The notes beneath the pieces are model-generated. The model saw only the letters and a program-made list of their open reading frames with translations, made no database searches and was not told the origin of the DNA. A program made the translations under genes and the position numbers. A stretch of 64,000 nucleotides of DNA, from assembly GCA_963710755.1 (NCBI GenBank), contig CAVQBK010000003.1:1152001-1216000 (forward strand). Reading direction: 5' to 3'. This DNA is from an uncultured bacterium. Lineage in GTDB: Bacteria > Oederibacteriota > JAAXVQ01 > JAUVAV01. How positions within the stretch are numbered: position 1 is the stretch's first letter; every line of letters starts with the position of its first letter. Shown here piece after piece: positions 1-9,872 of the stretch.

Positions 1-1
1 A

Positions 2-205
2 AACCTCGTTTTGGAAGCCCTTTATTTTACGCTGCCTGATCACAATGGTCAACGTCGCAATCTTATCCGGCTCTTCATGCCAAGACCTCTTTTGACGTTA
101 CTGATTAGACGCCAAAGCAGGCAATTGTGCTTGCAACCCCGGGAGGGGAACGGTAGTATGAACCATCACAATGCGGAGGTGAGCAATGGCGGACGTATTG
201 TTTAA
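2..205 (+). CDS. possible 3' end of an upstream gene (partial, unknown product)
   Basis: Frame is open from the window edge to TAA at 205 and overlaps the next start; no recognisable motif. Confidence 0.25.
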   Translation, partial: NLVLEALYFTLPDHNGQRRNLIRLFMPRPLLTLLIRRQSRQLCLQPREGNGSMNHHNAEVSNGGRIV

Positions 206-938
206 AAGCGATGACCATCAGTGTATATTCTTTGAAGACTTGACGGAAGGTGAAATGGTTTCGGCCAATCAATATCTGGTCATCCATAAGGGCAAGGGCA
301 TGCTGCTCGATCCGGGCGGGCACATTGTTTATTCCAAGTTGATCTCCGCACTTTCGGAATACCTTTCACCGGCGGCACTGCGCTACATTTTTCTCTCTCA
401 TCAGGATCCGGACATCGTGGCCTCCGTCAATGCCTGGCTGATGGTAACGGATGCGGACGCCTATATTCCCACGTTGTGGCGGCGGTTTGTAGCTCATTTC
501 GGCGTAGCCTCCAGCGTGATGCCGCGGTTGAAAACCATTCCCGATCAAGGCATGGGATTCGATCTGGAAGGATGCCGGTTGCTGGCCGTGCCGGCTCATT
601 TTATGCACGCACCCGGTAATTTTCAACTTTACGATCCTGTGTCCAAAATACTTTTCTCCGGCGATTTGGGCGCAGCTGCCGGTCAGAGTTACCGTTTCGT
701 GGAAGATTTCAACCAACATGTACAATATATGGAGGCTTTTCATAAGCGCTACATGTGCAGTACCCGGGCCTGCCAGCTTTGGGCTAAAATGATACGTGGT
801 TTGGATATCGAAATGATCGCCCCGCAGCATGGCGCTGTTTTTCAGGGTAAAACCATGGTCAACCAGTTTATTGACTGGGTGGAACAATTGACCGTGGGTG
901 CGGAAGTGATTGAAAATGTTTATCAATTGCCGCAGTAA
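186..938 (+). CDS. MBL-fold di-iron protein, ODP (oxygen-binding di-iron protein)/FprA N-domain-like
   Basis: NQYLV, LLDPGG, SHQDPD, AHFMH, LFSGD, FHKRYM and IAPQHG motifs; stand-alone 250 aa with no flavodoxin domain; GGAGG RBS. Confidence 0.85.
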   Translation: MADVLFKSDDHQCIFFEDLTEGEMVSANQYLVIHKGKGMLLDPGGHIVYSKLISALSEYLSPAALRYIFLSHQDPDIVASVNAWLMVTDADAYIPTLWRRFVAHFGVASSVMPRLKTIPDQGMGFDLEGCRLLAVPAHFMHAPGNFQLYDPVSKILFSGDLGAAAGQSYRFVEDFNQHVQYMEAFHKRYMCSTRACQLWAKMIRGLDIEMIAPQHGAVFQGKTMVNQFIDWVEQLTVGAEVIENVYQLPQ

Positions 939-967
939 CAGGACCTTGAAAATAGGAAGGAGGCGTC

Positions 968-1339
968 ATGGCCACCAAGCAGGATATTCTCAATAAAATA
1001 TTGGAAAATTTACAGATGGCCAGTGCTGATATTGAAGGCATTTCGGTTATCACACCCGATGGCATGACCATTGCCAACCGTTTTCATCTCCAGGGTAATG
1101 ATGCCACGGCTACCGGTGCCATGGGAGCTGCTATGAGCGGCTTGGGTTCCCGGGTTTCGCGGACACTCAATATCGGGCAAATGGAAGAAATTAATATGCG
1201 CAGCGAGAAGGCCAATATTTTAGTGCTGGTCATTGAAAACCGGGCAGCCTTAATGGTGCAGGTTAGTAATCAAGCCAACATGGGGCTGATACTGATGGAA
1301 GCGCGCAAAGCCAAGGAAACCCTGAGTAGAATTCTTTAA
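968..1339 (+). CDS. Roadblock/LC7 (MglB-like) domain protein
   Basis: 123 aa; 'GISVITPDGMTIA', 'GAMGAA', 'NMGLI' Roadblock pattern; AGGAGG RBS. Confidence 0.85.
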   Translation: MATKQDILNKILENLQMASADIEGISVITPDGMTIANRFHLQGNDATATGAMGAAMSGLGSRVSRTLNIGQMEEINMRSEKANILVLVIENRAALMVQVSNQANMGLILMEARKAKETLSRIL

Positions 1340-1461
1340 AAAACATACTCCCCTAAGGAGGTCAAGCACTGGGGTGGTGTCCCCAACCTTCACCGCGCCG
1401 GACTTGAACTTAAGCAAGATCGCGTCAGGCCATTCGCCTGCAGGACCTAAAAGGAGTCACC

Positions 1462-1833
1462 ATGGCCACAAAACAGGAGCACCTCAATCAAATCCTGGAA
1501 GGGCTGGATCAGACCAGCCGGGAAATCAAAGGTACTGCGCTTATTTCTCCGGACGGCATGATCATCGCCAGCTCCTTTAAATCCACGGGAAGCGCCACCG
1601 ATATGGCGGCGGCCATGGGCGCCAGCATCCTGGGATTGGGAGCCAGAGTGACTCAAAGTCTGAATGCCGGTGAAATGGAAGAGATTATTATCCGCGGGGA
1701 AAAAGATTATGTGGTGGTGTTCACCATCAGGAACAAAGCCGTGCTCCTGGTGCAGGCGGACGGGGCCATCACCTTGGGGTTTTTACTGTTAAAAGCCCGG
1801 CAAAGTTTAAAAGCGCTGACTTCTATATTATAA
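1462..1833 (+). CDS. Roadblock/LC7 (MglB-like) domain protein, paralog of the previous gene
   Basis: 123 aa; 'ALISPDGMIIAS'; aligns without gaps to 968..1339 (about 56/123 identical, counted by hand). Confidence 0.85.
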   Translation: MATKQEHLNQILEGLDQTSREIKGTALISPDGMIIASSFKSTGSATDMAAAMGASILGLGARVTQSLNAGEMEEIIIRGEKDYVVVFTIRNKAVLLVQADGAITLGFLLLKARQSLKALTSIL

Positions 1834-1853
1834 GGCTCTGGCCCTTTGTGTGG

Positions 1854-2813
1854 TTACCGCTGTCTGGACAGTTTGACCGGGGAGTGGAAGCCTTTGGGTT
1901 TGAGTGCCAGCAGGGAGCAGTGCAGTTGATTTAAAACTTTTTCGGCGGTGTGGCCCAGTAATAAACCGGCCAGTCCTGTATGGGCCACCGTGCCCATGAC
2001 CAGCAAATCAACTTTTTCTTTCCTAGCCTGACTGGGTAATTCGTCGCCCGGCTCTCCGGCCAATAACCGCGTCTGTATGTGTTGGCCCGATGGCAGGGTG
2101 AGGTGCTTTGTGAAATCATCCAGCCACTTTTGATGAAGCGTCTTGGTTTGTTCCAACACCTGCGTGATTTGTATAGGCGGTACATCCACATAATCAAAGC
2201 CCAACATCAATTCAGGGTACTTTCCCCAGCAATGCACTACGGTGAGCGCGCTCTTTTCCAACGCCGCCATGCCCGACGCCATGGTCACGATTTGATGGTT
2301 GAGACTGCGCTTGCCGGTTTGGCCTGGCTCAGGATCGATGGCGGCCATGATCTTGTGGTAGGGCCGGGTGTGAGATGAGGTCATCACCCAAACCGGGCAG
2401 GGGCATTTGCGGATTAAACGCAGCGTGGTGCTGCTGAACCGGGCAGCTTTGTCCTTGGCCCCTACCGAAGTGACAACCAGATCATGATGATCGCGCAGCA
2501 CTTTTTGGATGATTTCAAGAAAAGGGATGCCAGTCAGAACTTGGGTGTGCATGTCGAACCCTTTTTGTCGCCATGGCTTAACCGCCTGGTCAAGGACCTT
2601 GCTGCTGTGCTTAAGGGTGGTTTGATAGAGACCGCTTAAGGTCATGCCTGAAGCCGGCGGCACAGAAACCGGGTAATAATCGGGCAGCTGCGGCACTACG
2701 GTCACGACCGTTAATTGGGCATGATTTTCCTGCGCCAAACGCACAGCTCTTTCCAGGACAATAACGCCGTTGGGTGGTGCATAATAGCAAAGGATGTTTT
2801 TAAAAAGGTTCAT
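1854..2813 (-). CDS. tandem-domain universal stress protein (UspE-like)
   Basis: Two USP domains ('RLIRKCPCPVWV'; 'DLLVMGTVAHTGLAGLLLGHTAEKVLNQLHCSLLALKP'). Confidence 0.9.
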   Translation of the reverse strand: MNLFKNILCYYAPPNGVIVLERAVRLAQENHAQLTVVTVVPQLPDYYPVSVPPASGMTLSGLYQTTLKHSSKVLDQAVKPWRQKGFDMHTQVLTGIPFLEIIQKVLRDHHDLVVTSVGAKDKAARFSSTTLRLIRKCPCPVWVMTSSHTRPYHKIMAAIDPEPGQTGKRSLNHQIVTMASGMAALEKSALTVVHCWGKYPELMLGFDYVDVPPIQITQVLEQTKTLHQKWLDDFTKHLTLPSGQHIQTRLLAGEPGDELPSQARKEKVDLLVMGTVAHTGLAGLLLGHTAEKVLNQLHCSLLALKPKGFHSPVKLSRQR

Positions 2814-2852
2814 CTCAGCCCCCCTCCTTGCCGCAGGCCAAGGCCCGCTGCT

Positions 2853-3968
2853 TTAAGTCCGCTTTTGTGACCCCGGTTGGTATTGGTGCTTCACGTCATA
2901 TTCTATTTTTTTCCAACAAAGCCGTTCCCGGATGAGGCGGACATGTTGCTCGTACTCTTCAGCCTGAGCTTCATGTCCCAGCAGGTGATGAGCACGGGCC
3001 AACCCCTCCCAGGCAGGGGCGAACATTAAATTTTGTTCCAACAAGCCTTCGAAAATCTGGATGGCCTCCTGGGCAAATCCTTTTTCCAGCAATTCTTTAG
3101 CTTGGTTAAAATCACCTTCCACCTGCTGCAGCATATGGGTCAGCAAGCGTTGGCGGAAATTCTCCGATCTGAAGGTCATCAGGGAACAATGGACCTGGGG
3201 AATAAGACGACGGAGGACCTGGCCTACCCCATGCTTATCCGGATGATGCACTCCGGAAGCGCCCATCAGAACCAGGTCAATTTCTTCCTCAGTGATCACC
3301 GCGATCAGCTTGTCTGCAACCTTGCCCTTGATCACTTGGAGGGTATATTCCAAGCCCGCACGATCTGAATCCCCCAGCAAGATGTCCATTTTATGACGCG
3401 CTGTCTCTGCGCTGTGATCAGCCGAGGAGAGGACATGCACGATGGTCAGGGGAGCCTCGAATTGGCGGCTCAAGACCAACGCCTGCTGTAAGGCGTGCTG
3501 ACTGGGAGGGGAAAAATCCAGGGCACATAGCAAACGGCGAAAAGGATAGGGGACAGGTGCTTTTAGCACCCAAATGGGTTTATCGCAAACCGCCAGCATG
3601 TGGTCCAGCAGGCCGCGTTTGGCCATATGCCCTTTCGCGGCGGAGGCGGCGAGGAACACCACCATATCCGCGGCATGGGCTTGGGCAGCTTCCCGGATGC
3701 CTTCCGCCAGGGAGGTATGATGGCCCACTAGGGGGAGTGATGAAATCCCTTGCATCTGCAGGTCATCGCGAAGTTGCAATAGCTTTCCCGTGGCCTCGCG
3801 ATAGGCTTTAACCGAAGGAGTGAAATTGTGGCCCGAGGTTTTGAGTACATGCAGCAGTACCACATCGGCATCCCAGAGACGGATGAAAGGCAGCAATTGA
3901 GACAGGAGAGTGGGTGTTTGCGGGGTGAAATCAACGGCAAGTAAAAGTTTTAAGGGCGCGTTCATCAT
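2853..3968 (-). CDS. tandem universal stress protein with C-terminal TPR-like helical extension
   Basis: 'LLLAVDF', 'LLCALDFSPPS', 'DLVLMGA'; C-terminal 'EAIQIFE...APAWEGLARAHHLLG' is TPR-like; start chosen from GGAGG before ATG 3968. Confidence 0.8.
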   Translation of the reverse strand: MMNAPLKLLLAVDFTPQTPTLLSQLLPFIRLWDADVVLLHVLKTSGHNFTPSVKAYREATGKLLQLRDDLQMQGISSLPLVGHHTSLAEGIREAAQAHAADMVVFLAASAAKGHMAKRGLLDHMLAVCDKPIWVLKAPVPYPFRRLLCALDFSPPSQHALQQALVLSRQFEAPLTIVHVLSSADHSAETARHKMDILLGDSDRAGLEYTLQVIKGKVADKLIAVITEEEIDLVLMGASGVHHPDKHGVGQVLRRLIPQVHCSLMTFRSENFRQRLLTHMLQQVEGDFNQAKELLEKGFAQEAIQIFEGLLEQNLMFAPAWEGLARAHHLLGHEAQAEEYEQHVRLIRERLCWKKIEYDVKHQYQPGSQKRT

Positions 3969-4115
3969 CTGACCTCCGTTTAATCTGACTTGGACATGAT
4001 GGACACTACCTTGAGGCATCCTTATCTTACCGCTTGCGCCGTCTGATTGCCAGTGGAAAGAAGGCTATGGTTAAAAACACCCGGACCGTGGTTTAGGATT
4101 TTTTTGAAAAAAGGG

Positions 4116-4143
4116 TTGACAACCAATTCAAATATAATAATAT
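4116..4143 (+). promoter_or_regulatory. sigma70-type promoter for the zinc-ribbon/thioredoxin genes
   Basis: TTGACA-16 nt-TAATAT. Confidence 0.55.
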
Positions 4144-4219
4144 CCTAATATATGCCTCTGGGCCTTGGCGGCCTCGCTGCTGCATCCAGGCTAATCTCGG
4201 CAAAGGAGAAGGAAAAGCC

Positions 4220-4435
4220 ATGCCTATTTTTGAATACCGCTGTCAGGCTTGCCAGCATGTCAGCGCCTATATTGAAAAAGCCGGAATCACCGGTGAGCAC
4301 GAATGCAAAGCCTGCGGGTCCAAGCAGACCGAAAAAATATTATCCACCTTTTCCACGCCCGCGAAAAGCATGAGTACCAATAGCGGAGGGGGCTGTAGCG
4401 GCGGCTGCAGTACAGGTAATTGCCCCTTAGCTTGA
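4220..4435 (+). CDS. FmdB-family zinc ribbon protein
   Basis: MPIFEYRCxxC...CxxCGS and Gly/Cys-rich tail. Confidence 0.9.
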   Translation: MPIFEYRCQACQHVSAYIEKAGITGEHECKACGSKQTEKILSTFSTPAKSMSTNSGGGCSGGCSTGNCPLA

Positions 4436-4472
4436 AGTGCAAGCCCCGTCTATAAAAAATTAAGGAGTCAGG

Positions 4473-4832
4473 ATGATGGAACATTTGGTCAAAGAAACCT
4501 TTAAAGAAAAAGTTTTTGATTACGAAAAAGATAAGGACTGGTCTTTCAAAGGCCAGAAACCGGCGATTATAGATTTTTATGCCGACTGGTGCGGTCCCTG
4601 CAAAATGGTGGCCCCTGTCCTGGAAGAACTGGCCAAGGAATATAACGATAAATTGGATATCTACAAGATCGACACCGATGACCAGCAGGAGCTGGCCGCC
4701 ATTTTTCAGATCCGCAGCATTCCCAGTATTCTGTTTATTCCTACTGAAGGTCAACCGGCCATGGCGGCCGGCGCCATGGCTAAAGATCAGTTTAAAGAAG
4801 CGATCAAGAATGTTTTGAAAATAGAAGCTTGA
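4473..4832 (+). CDS. trxA: thioredoxin
   Basis: DFYADWCGPCK and IRSIP motifs. Confidence 0.93.
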   Translation: MMEHLVKETFKEKVFDYEKDKDWSFKGQKPAIIDFYADWCGPCKMVAPVLEELAKEYNDKLDIYKIDTDDQQELAAIFQIRSIPSILFIPTEGQPAMAAGAMAKDQFKEAIKNVLKIEA

Positions 4833-4838
4833 GTATGT

Positions 4839-4877
4839 CATCACCGGTTTGTAGTCCGGGCGCGCAAACCGGTGATG
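4839..4877. other. perfect 13-bp stem hairpin downstream of trxA (terminator or stabiliser)
   Basis: CATCACCGGTTTG / CAAACCGGTGATG; no clear U-tract. Confidence 0.55.
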
Positions 4878-5017
4878 GTCTTCATTGCCATCATGATTTG
4901 CCTGCATTGTCTTTTTTCCAATCATCTGAATGATCATAAAAAGCTGGTGGAAATAGGTCCTTCTTGCTATCATTTGAAGACTATTCTGGAAAAATTACTT
5001 ATAAGATATTTTTTTGC

Positions 5018-5046
5018 TTGATTCTTTTGATAAACCTATTGATAAT
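5018..5046 (+). promoter_or_regulatory. sigma70-type promoter for the beta-barrel-like gene
   Basis: TTGATT-17 nt-GATAAT in AT-rich DNA. Confidence 0.4.
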
Positions 5047-5228
5047 CTTACTTATTTTAACAAAATACTAACATTGGCAATAAATGCTTTTGATCAAAAC
5101 TCACAGTGGAAGATCAGTAGCTGTTGAATTGTTGAGCATCCGGGAAAGGGGGGATCATTTTTTATTAAGTCTGCTTTAAGAAACACAGTACCAACGACAG
5201 AACAACCAAATTTACTGGAGGTGCTTTC

Positions 5229-6878
5229 TTGAAAAAGATTTATTCACTATCGCTCATGTTCATCTTAACCCTTGCGCTTGTCGGTTCGGCTTCTGCTCTG
5301 CGCTGGCCTACCAATGCCAGCTATCGGGTGACCACCATGGGTGGCGCCACCCTTGCCATTGAAGACGAAACCACAGCCCTCACCATTTTCAACCATCAAA
5401 ATCCCGCTGGCCTGGCCTTGAATAAAAAAGAAAACCGTTTGGATATTGGTCTTAACTATTTGTACGATTCAGTGGTCACGGAAAGCGCTTTCCTTAAAGA
5501 TGCCAATGATACGACTACCTTGGAATTGGTCCGGCCTGGCGCGGAATACCGCGGTTTGACCTACTGGCTTGGGGATCAGTTCGTAGTACGCGCCGGCATC
5601 GAAGGGATGTTGGTGACCAATCAAATGACCCAAACACCGGCTGTGGGCGATGAAGTTAAAGATGCCCTTAATCTGTCTGGTTTGGGTGGCGGTGCCAGTG
5701 TGGGTTATAAAACCGACAGTGGCTTGGCCTTGGGCGGTGGAATCTCCTATTTAGGAGCTGGCGGCAAGCCCGATGATAAGCTCGGGTTTAATCCTTACCT
5801 GGATTTTGGTGGTACCTCGGATAAAACTGGATGTAACCTCCAACCTATTGAATTGGGGTGTTGGTGTAGGTTATGAATCGACCGACCTGGGTGAACTGGG
5901 CAACAAGTTGACCTTTGGTTGGCGGCCAGCAGTGTTGACGACAAACCGAGTTTGATACTGTTCTGACTGCCGGCATTGAACCCATTTGTTGCACTATCGC
6001 CGATGAGTCTAGGTGGGTACAGCACCACTATTGAAAGCGCGGGCAATGTCGTTGCTTTTGGAGGTGATTTTATCCTCCAAAAGTACCTATTCCCAATCAC
6101 CGGTCAATATCTCGGCTGAAGCTATTTATGATATGGGCTCTATATTGCAAGCAGGGTTTGCTCTTTGATTACACTATGGATGGCGTTAATTTAAAGACCG
6201 AGAATACCAATGTGTTGGGCACCGCGGCCAATGACTACAAGTCAGCCTCAGCTTCACAGTACGGCATTACCCCGGTAGTGCAAGCTAACATTCCCCTTGG
6301 TGAAGGGATGGCCTTGCTGCCGGGCATCAGCTTCAGCAATTATGGTACTGGTATGATCGAAAATTACAGGTTGGACACCACTACTGCTGATGAAAACGAC
6401 ACCTATAAATCTTCCCAGGTGGACATGACCAAGAGTAACTTTGGCGTTGGCCTGGGCTTGCAAGCCATGGGCAAGGCCTTGCAAGTGGCTGTGCAATATG
6501 AATCAGGCAGCTATAAATATGACCAAACGCCTTATGCAGTTGATGGTACCGCCGGCAGTTGTGGCCACCACCGAGGGCAGCACCAGCGCTATTCGCTTTG
6601 GCGGGGAATACTGGCTCCTGCCCATGTTGGCCGTACGTGCAGGCTATGCTATTTTGGGTGATGTTCTTAAAGATGGCGCTCTTGACGGTAATGGTCATCT
6701 CACGGATCTGACCAATACCACCGGCCGTTTCACCGTTGGGGCAGGCTTGGCCATGCTCAATGGCACCACCGCTGATTTGCTGATTCAAATGGATACCAGA
6801 ACCTCTGATCCAAAACAGGATCCAGAACCAAAAGATACAGGTTTGGGTATTATGCTGGGCCTGAAAATGATGATCTAG
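5229..6878 (+). pseudogene. exported outer-membrane beta-barrel-like protein interrupted by multiple frameshifts (pseudogene or sequencing error)
   Basis: Signal peptide (MKKIYSLSL...ASA), 'MGGATLA...NPAGLA' N-terminal motif typical of FadL/PorV-like barrels, amphipathic Gly/aromatic strands; the reading can only be continued by hopping frames near 5826, 5919, 5946, 5972, 6070, 6153 and 6553. Confidence 0.75.
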
Positions 6879-6894
6879 TTGTAAATGTTTACCT

Positions 6895-6930
6895 AAAAGG
6901 CAGGAAGAGTACTCTTCCTGCCTTTTTTTT
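6895..6930 (+). terminator. Rho-independent terminator
   Basis: AAAAGGCAGGAAGA-gtac-TCTTCCTGCC followed by T8. Confidence 0.9.
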
Positions 6931-7268
6931 GTCCTTTCTTCTTGGCCTATTCACGCTGGTGGCAAAGAGGATGCGACCGACTTGGCCAGTACTTAATTTT
7001 TTATTGTTTCCGAAAAACTGCTTTTATTGAATAACTTCCAAGGTGTTATAGCCAGCCCGGAAGCGGTATTGGAAAAAAGATCTTTCAGGTACACGCAACT
7101 TACCCCGCGTATGCCGGGATGCTCGAACTTTCGTCCATGGAAGGATACAACACCCCATCTGCAGTAAGAACTAATAAATGATGCATAAGGGTTTTTGTTG
7201 CGGCCACCCCAGCCATGACCTATAATAACGCCGCATTCCTCTCCACTTTGTTTTAAAGGAAGACCGTC

Positions 7269-8927
7269 ATGACTGATGATCTCGGTAACTCCGAAACTGC
7301 TGCCTCTGGCGACAATCAACAGGGAAGGTTAAATTTAAATCGTCATGATCATCCGGCCCGGCCGTCCCAAGAAGCGCTGGACCTTATGGGCAGGAGTTTG
7401 ACCGTTCTTACTTCCAAGCAACCATTGTCCGCACGGTTGAACACCCTGGCTGAACTGGTCAAGTCCGGTTTGCACTTGCAGGGTACGGCGTTTTATCTTT
7501 GGGACGATGATCGGGAAACCTTTGTGCTGCATGGCTCTGCATTAAACCAGGGCTTGATGGGCCGGTGGCCCGTGGTCCGGCAAGACTGGTGGTCTTTGTT
7601 CCAATCGCGGCAAGTGGAACATGAACTCCTCCCAACACCTCACGACCTTCGGCTCAAAGACTTTAATAGTGGCACTGCCCTAACTATACCGCTTTGGCTT
7701 CAGAACCATTTCCTGGGGGTCATGACCGTAATCCGGTGTAGGCCGGAGCAACCGTCTTTTTCTCCCAGGGAAATCAACCTAGCCCAGATGCTAGCCGCGC
7801 AAACAGGATTGGCCGTAGGAGCGCAGCAACTGAACCACCAATATCATCGCGCCCAAAAAGAAGCTTATGTTGCGCAAACCTTATTGCAAATGGCGGAGGA
7901 TATTGAAACCTTGGATTCCCAAGCAGAGGTGCTGGACCGTATACTCCTCATTATTTCGCGAGCCCTCAACTTCAGGCAAACCGCCATCTTTCTTTGGGAT
8001 GAAGAAAATAATGCCTACCATTTGGCCAAGGCCACAGGGTTGCCGGCCCAAAACCGGCCAAGTTGGTCAGCCTTGAGCTTGAGCCAACAGGACCTGGCCC
8101 TATGGGCCCTTGAGCGCGAGGAACGCACCATTGTGAAGGTCCGGGCCGATCTTCACACCGCCTTAGTAAAGCAACTGGAGGGTTCTTTTAAATGTGAGGA
8201 TAGTCGCTTGATTCCTTTGATTGTGAAGAACAAATTGTTGGGTGTCGTTGTGGCGGCCGATTATCAAGGGCAGTCTCCCTATAGCCCTAGCACGGAGTTC
8301 TTTTTAAAAGGCATTGGCACCCAGGCTGCCATTGCCTTAAATGACGTTAAATTGGTGGAAGCTCTGGATAGGGCCTTCTGGGATGTCATTAAATCTCTGG
8401 CCACCACCATTGAAGCCAAGGACCATTACACCCATTCTCACTCCCAGTCCGTGGCCATCTACGGCACTAGTCTGGCCCGGGCCTTGGGATTACCAAAAAA
8501 AGAAGTCGATAAAATTGCCAAGGCATGTCTGCTTCATGATCTGGGCAAAATCGGTATTGCCGATGAGATTCTTCAGAAACAAACGCCCCTTAGTCCCAGC
8601 GAACGCAATGAGATCAACAAACATCCCGTGATTGGAGAAATGATTCTCAACACGGTTCATCATTTTAATGATATTGCCTTATTGGTCAAACACCATCACG
8701 AAAAAGTCGATGGCACCGGTTATCCTGAACAGCTTAAGGGGGAGGAGATACCCTTGTACGCCCGCATCATCCAAATTGCCGATTCCTTTGATGCCATGAC
8801 CTCCGACCGCCCCTACCGCAAAGCCATGAGCCGCCGGGAGGCAATGGCGGAATTGAAAGCCCATGCGGGCCATCAATTTGATAAAAATTTAGTGGATGTC
8901 TTTTTAACCACCTTGGACAACAGGTAA
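7269..8927 (+). CDS. GAF-GAF-HD-GYP cyclic-dinucleotide phosphodiesterase
   Basis: Two GAF-like regions; 'EAKDHYTHSHS', 'LLHDLGKIG', 'HHHEKVDGTGYP', 'DSFDAMTSDRPYR'. Confidence 0.9.
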   Translation: MTDDLGNSETAASGDNQQGRLNLNRHDHPARPSQEALDLMGRSLTVLTSKQPLSARLNTLAELVKSGLHLQGTAFYLWDDDRETFVLHGSALNQGLMGRWPVVRQDWWSLFQSRQVEHELLPTPHDLRLKDFNSGTALTIPLWLQNHFLGVMTVIRCRPEQPSFSPREINLAQMLAAQTGLAVGAQQLNHQYHRAQKEAYVAQTLLQMAEDIETLDSQAEVLDRILLIISRALNFRQTAIFLWDEENNAYHLAKATGLPAQNRPSWSALSLSQQDLALWALEREERTIVKVRADLHTALVKQLEGSFKCEDSRLIPLIVKNKLLGVVVAADYQGQSPYSPSTEFFLKGIGTQAAIALNDVKLVEALDRAFWDVIKSLATTIEAKDHYTHSHSQSVAIYGTSLARALGLPKKEVDKIAKACLLHDLGKIGIADEILQKQTPLSPSERNEINKHPVIGEMILNTVHHFNDIALLVKHHHEKVDGTGYPEQLKGEEIPLYARIIQIADSFDAMTSDRPYRKAMSRREAMAELKAHAGHQFDKNLVDVFLTTLDNR

Positions 8928-8989
8928 CCACTACGGCAACAACATCCATCGAAGGTACCAAAATCTTATAAGGAAGGACAACGGCGTTA

Positions 8990-9814
8990 ATGCATAGTAT
9001 AGAGAGCATTTTGTTAGGCCTCATTCAAGGGCTGACCGAATTTTTACCGGTTAGCAGTTCGGCCCACTTAACTTTGGTCCCGCAGCTGCTGCATTGGGAG
9101 AACCCGCTGCTGCATTCTCTGGCTTTTGATGTGGCGCTGCATTTCGGTACCCTGATCGCGGTGGTGGTCTATTTCCGGAAAGACCTGGCGTTGATGATCG
9201 AGCGGGCGCTGCGCGGCCTGTTGAACAAGCGGCCTTTGGCGGATGAATATGCCCGTTTGGGCTGGTGGATTGTGCTGGGCACTATTCCTGCCGTGGTGGC
9301 GGCCCTACTTTTCAAGGACAGTATTGAAACCATTTTTCGCCAACCGCCCCGGGTCGCGGTCATGCTGATAGGTTTTGGCCTGATCATGGGCTTGGCGGAA
9401 TGGCTGGCCAGGCAAAAACAAGCGCTGTTGCAAATGTCCTGGCTGCAGGCGCTTGTGATCGGGGTGGCGCAAGCCCTGGCCCTGATGCCCGGTGTTTCCC
9501 GCTCCGGCGCCACCATATCGGCGGGCTTGGTAATGGGGTTTAAAAGGGGAGAGGCGGCCCGCTTTGCCTTCCTGCTCAGCATCCCTGCGATCTTGGGCGC
9601 CACTGTATTTGCCCTCAAGGACATGCTGACCATGGCTAGGGATTCTTCCTGGTTGTCCATGCTCCTGGGCACAGCCGCAGCCGCGGTGGCAGGGTACGCC
9701 TGCATTGCTTTTCTGCTGGCTTTTCTTCAAAAACGATCGCTCTGGATTTTTGTCTTCTATCGAATTATTTTTGGTGCATTGGTACTGTTCTGGTATTATG
9801 GACGGACCCGTTGA
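8990..9814 (+). CDS. uppP: undecaprenyl-diphosphate phosphatase (BacA)
   Basis: QGLTEFLPVSSSAH and PGVSRSG motifs. Confidence 0.95.
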   Translation: MHSIESILLGLIQGLTEFLPVSSSAHLTLVPQLLHWENPLLHSLAFDVALHFGTLIAVVVYFRKDLALMIERALRGLLNKRPLADEYARLGWWIVLGTIPAVVAALLFKDSIETIFRQPPRVAVMLIGFGLIMGLAEWLARQKQALLQMSWLQALVIGVAQALALMPGVSRSGATISAGLVMGFKRGEAARFAFLLSIPAILGATVFALKDMLTMARDSSWLSMLLGTAAAAVAGYACIAFLLAFLQKRSLWIFVFYRIIFGALVLFWYYGRTR

Positions 9815-9872
9815 GTGCGTCCTGTCACGGGCAGGGCTTACACAACGTATCTAAACTCCTGTGGAGGTTTCG

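Noticed and set aside
4287-4973. 228-aa minus-strand ORF
   Set aside because: Antisense to trxA and the zinc-ribbon gene; no independent support
5820-6560. Programmed frameshifting or phase variation in the barrel-like gene
   Set aside because: About seven independent indels in runs of only 2-4 nt: too many and too short for slippage switches
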